DNA of 64,000 bases, taken from the IMG/VR virus record IMGVR_UViG_3300012039_000002, positions 64,001 to 128,000 of that record; one strand, written 5' to 3'. Under the pieces are notes generated by a model, which was not told where the DNA came from, made no database searches, and saw only the letters and a program-made list of their open reading frames with translations. Every line of letters starts with the position of its first letter. Position 1 is the first letter of the stretch. Positions 55,002 to 62,432 of the stretch are shown piece after piece. The DNA is from a virus. Position numbers and translations under genes: made by a program.

Positions 55002-57360
55002 TATAATAATTGCAACTTACAACCACTTGGAAGATTGTTTAAAGCCTTGCTGCGAGGCAATTAAGCAATACGTAAACTTAAACGAATGTGAAGTAATTAT
55101 TGCGGCTAATGGCTGTACAGATGGTACTCGTGAATACGTAGAAAGCTTGGGCGAATCCTTTAAGCTTGTTTGGTTTGAGAAGCCCGGTTTTGCCATTCCC
55201 GTTAATGCAGCGGCGCAAATAGCTCAGGGCGAGTACTTGTTGTTTCTAAACAACGATTGCTTCTTGCTTAAAGACAACGTCATCAATCTTATGTTGGCTG
55301 AGTTTGAGAAAGATTCTAAAGTCGGTGTTGTCGGCCCTGAATTTTGCTACAACGAATACGCTGATACAAATTATTTGAAGTTCTATTGCGCAATGATGCC
55401 CAAGACTCTCTTTGATGAGCTTGGACGATTCGACGTGCTCTTTGCTGATGGTACTTGTGAAGATGTTGATTTATGTATAAAGACAGAAAAGGCTGGCTAT
55501 AAGCTTGTTATGGTCACTTTGCCAATCTTTCACAAATTTGGAGTTACTGTAAGGGAGTTGAAAAACATAAGTCAGATTCTGACCAAAAATGCTCTCAGTC
55601 TTGGCAAAAGATATAATTCTAAATGGTATCAGAAATATTATAAGAAAATGTCGGAAAGACTTTGCGTATCTATTGTTATTGCGACGTATAATCACTTAGA
55701 GGACTGCTTAAAGCCTTGCATAGAATCAATACAGAAATACTGCAATCTTAATAACAAGGAAGTGATAGTCGTTGCTAACGGATGCACAGACGGAACTAGA
55801 GAATATGTTGAGAGTCTGGGAGCTCCGTTTAGACTTATTTGGTTTGACGAGGCAATCGGCGCTGCTAGGGCGTACAACGCAGGAATAAAAGAAGCTAAGT
55901 ACGAAAACATTCTGATTCTTAATAACGACGTCTTTTTCTTAGAACAAGAAAAAGACACTCTAATCAATATGCATCTAATACATTTCAACAATCCAAAGAT
56001 CGGTATTGTGGGTCCTATTAAGTCGGTTAGCGCTCCAATTAATCGAGAATTTATAATATTCTTTTGTGCAATGATTCGCAAAGAGGTCTTTGACAAGATT
56101 GGCTATCTTGATGAAATTTTCACAGTGGGTGCCGGCGAGGATACAGACTTCTGTTTGAGGGCTGAGGCTGCTGGTTATAAAATGGCAGTAGCAGGGGAGA
56201 TGACTGGTCACAATTCTGCTGAGGGTCAAATCACAGGCTCTGTCCCTATCTTTCATAAGGGCGAAGCGACTGTACATGATGAAAGTTTGGTCTCGGGCTG
56301 GAAGGAGATATTTCAGCGCAATGGTGAGATTCTTGCTGAAAGGTATCCCAAAGTTGAGGTTGTGGAGCGAAAAGAAATTCTCTGCGTTATTCCGACGAAA
56401 GGCAGATATTTTACAACTCTTCCTCTTGCAATTCAGTCTGTAATTTCGCAGACTGTAAAGCCCGACAGATTAATCGTGTACGATGATGGCGAACATAAAG
56501 ATTTGAGACAAAACTCTGTTTATCAGTATCTTTTTAGCACACTGGATTCTGCTGGTATAAAGTGGGAAGTTTCGTTCACAAGAGGCATAGGTCAGCATTT
56601 TGCGCATCAAGCTGCTAACACATCTGATTTTAAGTTCGTGTGGCGATTGGACGACGATACAGTTGCTCGCCCCGATGTTTTAGAGAAGCTGCTGTCTCAT
56701 ATGCAAGAAGGCATTGGCGCAGTTGCTGGTTCGGTGATTACGCCGGGACAGGAAGCTAAATCAGATTTTTATGCGACGCATCTTATTGATATAAATAGAA
56801 TGCCCAATTTGCAATGGGCTAGAGGTGCAGGCGTTTACGAAGTAGAACATCTCTATAGTTCGTTTCTGTATAGAACTAACATAGCTGATTATTGTTTGGA
56901 GCTTTCAAAGGTAGCTCATAGAGAAGAAACGATTTTTACTCATAGGCTGTTTCGTGCTGGCTATAAACTTTTAGTAGATAGATCAGCCGTAACTTATCAC
57001 TACCGCAATCCTGAAGGTGGTATTAGAACCGAAAAGGATCCCAAGCTTTGGGAACAGGACGAGGAAATATTTAGAACTGAATTGAGAAAATGGGGCTATA
57101 AGTTTATTGCTCTATCTCATGGCCTTGGCGATCATCTTATGTTTGTTAATATCGTCCCTGAACTTTTAAAGAGATGCAAGACGCTTGTTATGTTTTGCGT
57201 TTACGGCGACGTTTTTATGGGGCTGCCAAATGTTATTTGTTTGCCTTTGGGCGACGCAGCTGCTTTTGGTTGCAAAGAGACAAGCGTGTATGAATGGATG
57301 GTAAAGTACAATTGGAAAAGGAGCATGTTAGAGGCTTATGAAAAACTATATCTTAATTAG
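54991..57360 (+). CDS. Multidomain glycosyltransferase: three GT2 domains plus the N-terminal half of a GT9-like domain
   Basis: Two copies of SIxIATYN...NGCTDGT...LNND...ED.D.C; third domain VIPTKGR...YDDG...RLDDD...REET; C-terminal HGLGDHLMF. Confidence 0.9.
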   Translation: MKVSIIIATYNHLEDCLKPCCEAIKQYVNLNECEVIIAANGCTDGTREYVESLGESFKLVWFEKPGFAIPVNAAAQIAQGEYLLFLNNDCFLLKDNVINLMLAEFEKDSKVGVVGPEFCYNEYADTNYLKFYCAMMPKTLFDELGRFDVLFADGTCEDVDLCIKTEKAGYKLVMVTLPIFHKFGVTVRELKNISQILTKNALSLGKRYNSKWYQKYYKKMSERLCVSIVIATYNHLEDCLKPCIESIQKYCNLNNKEVIVVANGCTDGTREYVESLGAPFRLIWFDEAIGAARAYNAGIKEAKYENILILNNDVFFLEQEKDTLINMHLIHFNNPKIGIVGPIKSVSAPINREFIIFFCAMIRKEVFDKIGYLDEIFTVGAGEDTDFCLRAEAAGYKMAVAGEMTGHNSAEGQITGSVPIFHKGEATVHDESLVSGWKEIFQRNGEILAERYPKVEVVERKEILCVIPTKGRYFTTLPLAIQSVISQTVKPDRLIVYDDGEHKDLRQNSVYQYLFSTLDSAGIKWEVSFTRGIGQHFAHQAANTSDFKFVWRLDDDTVARPDVLEKLLSHMQEGIGAVAGSVITPGQEAKSDFYATHLIDINRMPNLQWARGAGVYEVEHLYSSFLYRTNIADYCLELSKVAHREETIFTHRLFRAGYKLLVDRSAVTYHYRNPEGGIRTEKDPKLWEQDEEIFRTELRKWGYKFIALSHGLGDHLMFVNIVPELLKRCKTLVMFCVYGDVFMGLPNVICLPLGDAAAFGCKETSVYEWMVKYNWKRSMLEAYEKLYLN

Positions 57361-57796
57361 CCCATGGTCAAAAGAGCTTAGGGACAAGTCATATAATCCT
57401 AAAAACTATCCATTTTGGGAAGACGTAATTGAGGTGCTTAAAGAAGAGTACGATATTGTTCAAATCGGGGTAGTTGGGGAAAAGCAGCTTGTAGATGATT
57501 TTAGGACTAATCTTCCGCTAAGAATAGTGGGTGAGCTTCTTTTGGATCCCGCTTGTTACATTTGGATCTCAGTTGACAATTTTCTTCCGCATTTAGCACA
57601 CGTGGTGGGAAAAGAGCCGGGCATTGTTCTTTGGGGACCTTCGGACCCCAACATCTTCGGATACAAACAAAACAAGAATTTGCTTAAAGCTAGAAAATAC
57701 TTGCGGCCAGATCAATTTGGCATATGGGATGGGCAGAAATACAATCCAGATGCTTTTGTGCCTGCTAGTAAAGTCATAGAAGCAGTAAGGGGTTAG
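57338..57796 (+). CDS. GT9 (heptosyltransferase-like) C-terminal domain protein
   Basis: NPKNYPFW, VQIG, ISVDNFLPHLA and IVLWGPSDPNIFGY. Confidence 0.8.
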   Translation: MKNYILISPWSKELRDKSYNPKNYPFWEDVIEVLKEEYDIVQIGVVGEKQLVDDFRTNLPLRIVGELLLDPACYIWISVDNFLPHLAHVVGKEPGIVLWGPSDPNIFGYKQNKNLLKARKYLRPDQFGIWDGQKYNPDAFVPASKVIEAVRG

Positions 57797-57797
57797 A

Positions 57798-58259
57798 ATG
57801 CTATTTTTTGTTAGAACTACAAAGAGTCTGAGTACGATGTACGCTCGTCTCAAGAATTCGTCAGGCGAGTTTTGGGACTTTGTCTCTTTGGCCTGGGTCG
57901 CTTTATTCGCTCCAACGTGCAAAGTTCTTTTGCTTGAGTATGATGATGGTGATCCATATGAAAGTCTTTATATGGGTGAAGGCGATGTTCCTCCAGGAGG
58001 CCCTTGGATAGAAGAGGCTGTAGATAGTGCAACGGGTGAAGTAATAGCATTTGATAACAATGTCATGGGAGAGCTTACTTCTATACCAAGTACAAATTCT
58101 ACGATACAAGAAAAGATTGAATTCATTTATCAATACTTGGCTCTGAAGAGAACAGCAACTAGTAATTTGGAGACTTTACACAAAGACGACGGCTCGTCTT
58201 TAGGTACGGCGATTCTTTCGGACGATGGCACTACTTTTACTAAGAACAAGGTTGTTTAA
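57798..58259 (+). CDS. Structural protein, paralog of 37584
   Basis: YARLKNSSGEFWDFVSLAWV...GGPWIEE; C-terminal LSDDGTTFTK. Confidence 0.55.
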   Translation: MLFFVRTTKSLSTMYARLKNSSGEFWDFVSLAWVALFAPTCKVLLLEYDDGDPYESLYMGEGDVPPGGPWIEEAVDSATGEVIAFDNNVMGELTSIPSTNSTIQEKIEFIYQYLALKRTATSNLETLHKDDGSSLGTAILSDDGTTFTKNKVV

Positions 58260-58489
58260 TGGACGCTAGACAGCGCAGAATGTGGGTTCTCCCTGCTCCC
58301 GATACTAATATCGAGAAACGAGATCGATATGAAATAGGCATATTCTATTCGTTCTTGAGGATGATAGGGACGATCACAAAGCCCATTAGAAGAATATTTG
58401 AGTCGCTTGAGAAGCCACCGCATGTTTTTATATCGAAAAAGGGTCCGAACACATTCATATCATTGCGAAAGACAAGCAAAGATGTTTAA
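58259..58489 (+). CDS. Small hypothetical protein
   Basis: TAATG-coupled to the previous gene; F-x-S motifs like 44018. Confidence 0.45.
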   Translation: MDARQRRMWVLPAPDTNIEKRDRYEIGIFYSFLRMIGTITKPIRRIFESLEKPPHVFISKKGPNTFISLRKTSKDV

Positions 58490-58495
58490 TTTATA
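58486..58495 (+). promoter_or_regulatory. Candidate late promoter motif TTAATTTATA
   Basis: Same 10-mer, upstream of the RNA ligase cluster. Confidence 0.5.
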
Positions 58496-58555
58496 ACTAA
58501 ATTGACGAGGTCTGCCGCGGGACTAAAATGCCCTACGCTGAAAGAAAGATAACGA

Positions 58556-60193
58556 TTGAAAACTAACTTGTTAAAGATGATCTTCGTAAAGAAGAAGAAT
58601 CTAGACTACTTTGATCTGCCTTGTGCAGACAAATTAGAAGACGTTAGAAGGGCAGTTGTCGATTTGCAGGCTATGGTTTTTTACCTGAATTCTGAACTGT
58701 CACAAGGCGTTGTGCTTTCAGAAGTTGTAAAGGTATCGAATAGAGAGTTTCTATCTAAATACTTAGGGTTAAAAGATAGCCATTTTGCGTCGGCTTCAGA
58801 GGACAAGATTAGCAATTACCTTAGAGTTACAGCTACTGACAGATATTTCGTGTTTAACTATTCTGATAACTTTTTCTTTAATTCTATAAACAAAGATCTC
58901 GAAGCAATGTATCGCCCTACTTGGACTGTTCAGTTGCGAATTTGTAGAGGGATTATTTTTGATCGTGAAAATGGAGAGCTTGTTTCTTTCCCACTAGAAA
59001 AGATATTCAACGTAGGCGAATATAGAGATGGAGAGATTTCACGATTTGCTAAGAAATTTGTTGATGTGCCGTCTCAGATGGCTGAAAAGCTTGATGGAAT
59101 ATTAATACAAGCGTTCTACGATAGGCAGAACGACGAAGTGCACTTTAGCACTCGATCGCAGATCGATTATGACGACAATGGCTATATAGATACGGCACGT
59201 CGGCTAGCGAAACGAACTGGGCGCATTTCAGCGCTAAAAGATTTGCTAAGGCATAACAAATCAGTGGCTTTTGAGCTTATTTCTCCCGATCACAGAGTTG
59301 TTATTGGATATGGCAAGAAATTTGGGCTGATACTTCATCATGTAAGAGATCTTAAAACATACAAGACTTTAGACTATATAGAGCTTCAGAAGGTGGCAAA
59401 GAGCTTGGGCTTTGCTTCTCCGACTACAGCTCATTTTAATAGCTTTGAGGAGCTCCTAGATTTTCAGAAGACGAACAAGCAGGCTGAAGGCTATATTGTT
59501 AAGTTTGAGGACGGATCCGCAGTTAAGGTTAAGACGAATTCTTATTTTGACAAGCTTAAGGGTTTGAGATCTCTATCATATGCTTCTATTGCTGAGTCCG
59601 TTCTTAATCGTGAAGATTGGAACATATTCAAATACGATAAGATTAAGTCTGAAGAGCTGTTTAGTGCTGCGAATCATTATCGCGCGAAAATAATTGACCA
59701 GTTCGGCGCGTTCGACAAATTCATCCAGCAATTCTGCGAAAAGCTGGTATGCTTTTCTGGATGGCAGGAATATGGCACTAGGGAAAAACTAGAGGCTATG
59801 ACTGAATTCAATTACGCTTACATAGAGGCTGTAAACCAGCGCTCCCTCGATCCTGACAAGGTCTCAAAAGAAGACTTTCGTATAGCAATCAACTATTGCA
59901 TCAAATATATGTTGCTACACGATGAGAACGTCATCGATGCTTACAACAAGAAAGTCATGGAAATCACTGTAAAGGCGCTTCGCACTTCAGCATGGATGGG
60001 CGCCAAATTGGAAGAGCTTAATAGATCATACACAGCTGCTTCACTTAGAAAAGATTTAGGCGGATCGGCCATGGGAGGCGGAAGCACTTCTATGGGCGGT
60101 CTTGGTTCTATAGTATCTGACATTGGGAAACCCATTGTCCCTATGAAGAAAGAAGAAAAGGACAAACGGAAGAAGGTGGAGGAATGGCACTAA
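58556..60193 (+). CDS. T4 Rnl1-like ATP-dependent RNA ligase with terminal extensions
   Basis: FNYS, CRGIIFD, FPLEKIFN, motif I EKLDG, STRS, FELISP.HRVV..Y, EGYIV and VKVK. The start may be ATG 58577. Confidence 0.88.
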   Translation: MKTNLLKMIFVKKKNLDYFDLPCADKLEDVRRAVVDLQAMVFYLNSELSQGVVLSEVVKVSNREFLSKYLGLKDSHFASASEDKISNYLRVTATDRYFVFNYSDNFFFNSINKDLEAMYRPTWTVQLRICRGIIFDRENGELVSFPLEKIFNVGEYRDGEISRFAKKFVDVPSQMAEKLDGILIQAFYDRQNDEVHFSTRSQIDYDDNGYIDTARRLAKRTGRISALKDLLRHNKSVAFELISPDHRVVIGYGKKFGLILHHVRDLKTYKTLDYIELQKVAKSLGFASPTTAHFNSFEELLDFQKTNKQAEGYIVKFEDGSAVKVKTNSYFDKLKGLRSLSYASIAESVLNREDWNIFKYDKIKSEELFSAANHYRAKIIDQFGAFDKFIQQFCEKLVCFSGWQEYGTREKLEAMTEFNYAYIEAVNQRSLDPDKVSKEDFRIAINYCIKYMLLHDENVIDAYNKKVMEITVKALRTSAWMGAKLEELNRSYTAASLRKDLGGSAMGGGSTSMGGLGSIVSDIGKPIVPMKKEEKDKRKKVEEWH

Positions 60194-60549
60194 TCGATCA
60201 CTTGCAATGCGGAAGGGTCATCGTTTTCAACTCAATGCTTTTCAAGTTGCGATGGGCTTTCTGCATTAACTACTCGGCGGATGTTCAAATTATATATAGA
60301 GGCTTTTTCGGACTGAGAGCGATAGACAAGAAAACTTTCCTTGGGTTTGCAAGGATAGTTGATGTGTTTGACTATATCGATAGGCCGCTTACCGACGCTG
60401 AAAAGTTTAAACTTAAGACGGCTCATAAAACTGGCATCATGAAGACTTGCGACAATGTAGAGCAATACGTAGACAAGCTCTTCAAGAAAGCTGAAATAAA
60501 ACTATTCGTAAACCCTGAAGGATGGATTCATGAAGATATCACTAAATAA
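60184..60549 (+). CDS. Hypothetical protein
   Basis: GGAGG RBS; overlaps both neighbours. Confidence 0.5.
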   Translation: MALIDHLQCGRVIVFNSMLFKLRWAFCINYSADVQIIYRGFFGLRAIDKKTFLGFARIVDVFDYIDRPLTDAEKFKLKTAHKTGIMKTCDNVEQYVDKLFKKAEIKLFVNPEGWIHEDITK

Positions 60550-61045
60550 CATCAAGTTCGTTAGAAAAGCCCAGATGGGAACAGCGTCTGCAAGTTCTCG
60601 GCTTGGTCTTGAGCGCCCCACTCACAAGTACATTAAGCGGGAGAACTTGGGCAATGGGGAATACAAGTATATCTACGAGGATGCCAAGGGGAAGTCTGCT
60701 CCCTCTTCTAAGGATACAGAAGCTATGGTTGCTGACTTCACGACTTCTCTCTCACGGGACAAGATGTTCAAGAAGTACGCTCAATACTTCGATGCAAAGG
60801 ACTACACAAATGTAGCTGGCGCTATCATGGCTCGTGGGAAAGATGCTACGCCACAGGCATTTCTCACGGAGATGCAATACGCCAACAAGCTGTTGGGCCA
60901 CAAGACAAGTCGTTTTCTACCTACAGGCGTTGCTGCAAAGGAATATAAGAAGCTCTTCTCACAGGCCGGCAATAGAGTGTCTGAATACAATGCTAAGATT
61001 TCTAAGATTGAGGCGGAACTAACTTCTCCAAGCCGAGGTGAATAA
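60530..61045 (+). CDS. Hypothetical protein with HKYIKRE...YKYIY motif
   Basis: The motif recurs in the next gene; N-terminal FVRKA. Confidence 0.55.
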   Translation: MKISLNNIKFVRKAQMGTASASSRLGLERPTHKYIKRENLGNGEYKYIYEDAKGKSAPSSKDTEAMVADFTTSLSRDKMFKKYAQYFDAKDYTNVAGAIMARGKDATPQAFLTEMQYANKLLGHKTSRFLPTGVAAKEYKKLFSQAGNRVSEYNAKISKIEAELTSPSRGE

Positions 61046-61866
61046 TGGACGGTTCACTTGAAAGGAAAAGATCTGGCTCCAAGTTTCTACGGAAGAAGCT
61101 GACAGATGATGGGAAAGTTCGCTATATCTACAAAGAGTCCGAGCCTAGAGGGAAGAAAGCCGAAGAAGTCCCTCAAGACAAGAAACAACGCTTTATTCAG
61201 ACTATTGACTCTACTGATAGAGGATTCAAAAACCTCTTCAGCGAAGCGTGCGATGAAATAGATGACATCCACTATGTTTGCATAAACTCAGGGTGCTCTT
61301 CGGTCCAGATGACTAATGACGTTGAGACGTTCTTTGATGTGTTGGATGTGCTGCCAGAATATCAGGAGAAAGATGTTTTCCGCTCTGCGTCGGGATGTTT
61401 TAATGTCAACAAGGGCAAGATTGCCTTTTGCTTAGACAACTTCCCTCAGGATATGTCGGAAACGATTAAGCAAGTCGTGATGCTACATGAGACTATGCAT
61501 AGCTTTTTCTATGGAGCGCTCCGGTTAAAACACAAACAGCCTCTGACTGCTGACTCTTCAGATGACAAAATGGATAAGGATTACATTAAGAAAGCTGTCA
61601 AATTCGTTGACAGCTTTGGCAAAATAGATCAAAATATGCGCAAGACAGCTGAAGGTTCTGTTAAGGAAGTAAAGGGACAAGACAAAGAAACTCTATTGCT
61701 GAATCAGATTAGCGCAGCAATGATAAGTGAGTATGCGGCGATTAGCCCTGAAGAGCACTTCGCCGAAGCTGGTGCTTTCTATTTCATTCTACCCAATGTT
61801 CTAAAAACGAAAGAGGCAGAAGTCTACAAGGCTTTCAATGAATTTTTCGAGAAGTATGAGGACTAG
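61045..61866 (+). CDS. Zincin metallopeptidase (lethal-factor/MPTase-like)
   Basis: LHETMH and SEYAAISPEEHFAEA. Confidence 0.75.
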   Translation: MDGSLERKRSGSKFLRKKLTDDGKVRYIYKESEPRGKKAEEVPQDKKQRFIQTIDSTDRGFKNLFSEACDEIDDIHYVCINSGCSSVQMTNDVETFFDVLDVLPEYQEKDVFRSASGCFNVNKGKIAFCLDNFPQDMSETIKQVVMLHETMHSFFYGALRLKHKQPLTADSSDDKMDKDYIKKAVKFVDSFGKIDQNMRKTAEGSVKEVKGQDKETLLLNQISAAMISEYAAISPEEHFAEAGAFYFILPNVLKTKEAEVYKAFNEFFEKYED

Positions 61867-61871
61867 TTTTT

Positions 61872-62018
61872 ATGAAGTATATAGTTACGGGCGGTAAAGA
61901 AAAAGACTTGCATTACACAATCATAATGGAAAACCAAGACGCAGAAAAGAAAGAAGCTCCGGCTGATCCTCCGCCTACTAAGTATAAAGAGGAGAAGAAG
62001 GAGAAGAAAAGTGGGTAA
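61872..62018 (+). CDS. Small 48-aa charged protein, not in ORF track
   Basis: MKYIVTGGKEKDLHYTIIMENQDAEKKEAPADPPPTKYKEEKKEKKSG fills the gap and overlaps the next start. Confidence 0.4.
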   Translation: MKYIVTGGKEKDLHYTIIMENQDAEKKEAPADPPPTKYKEEKKEKKSG

Positions 62019-62430
62019 GCAGCGTCTTCGTAAATGGATAATGAACAACCCGTTCTTTCAGTATCAAGGTCAGTTTAGCAAGTCTGCTTTCATTGCTATG
62101 AGTACATGGTTTCTTGTGCTTGTTAAATATCTCATGGCAGGCATGGCTTTTGGCGTAAGCACTGTTGAGCGTGTAATAGGCGGCCATGTAATTCCAGCGC
62201 TGTCATGGGCGTGGACCATTTCATTCAATGGAGAAGCCTCTATTGCTCTTCTAACTACATGCTTTGCGCTGTACTTTGGTGGGAAGTTCTCACCGAAGAC
62301 CAACGGTAAAGCGGAAGATGAACGTGATCAACGTCGTGACATTCGAGAAGATGCAGCGGCTGAGCGAAAAGACATAAGAGAAGATGCAGCTCAAGACAGA
62401 AAAGATATTAGAGAAGGTAAAGGAGCTTAA
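62011..62430 (+). CDS. Two-TM membrane protein with a charged repeat tail; holin candidate
   Basis: Two hydrophobic helices; C-terminal 11-aa repeat R[RK]DIREDAA.. occurring three times. Confidence 0.5.
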   Translation: MGKQRLRKWIMNNPFFQYQGQFSKSAFIAMSTWFLVLVKYLMAGMAFGVSTVERVIGGHVIPALSWAWTISFNGEASIALLTTCFALYFGGKFSPKTNGKAEDERDQRRDIREDAAAERKDIREDAAQDRKDIREGKGA

Positions 62431-62432
62431 TC

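Noticed and set aside
60184-60549. Permuted papain-like (NlpC/P60) enzyme
   Set aside because: Only a vague resemblance near the C-terminus; no convincing catalytic His/Cys arrangement.
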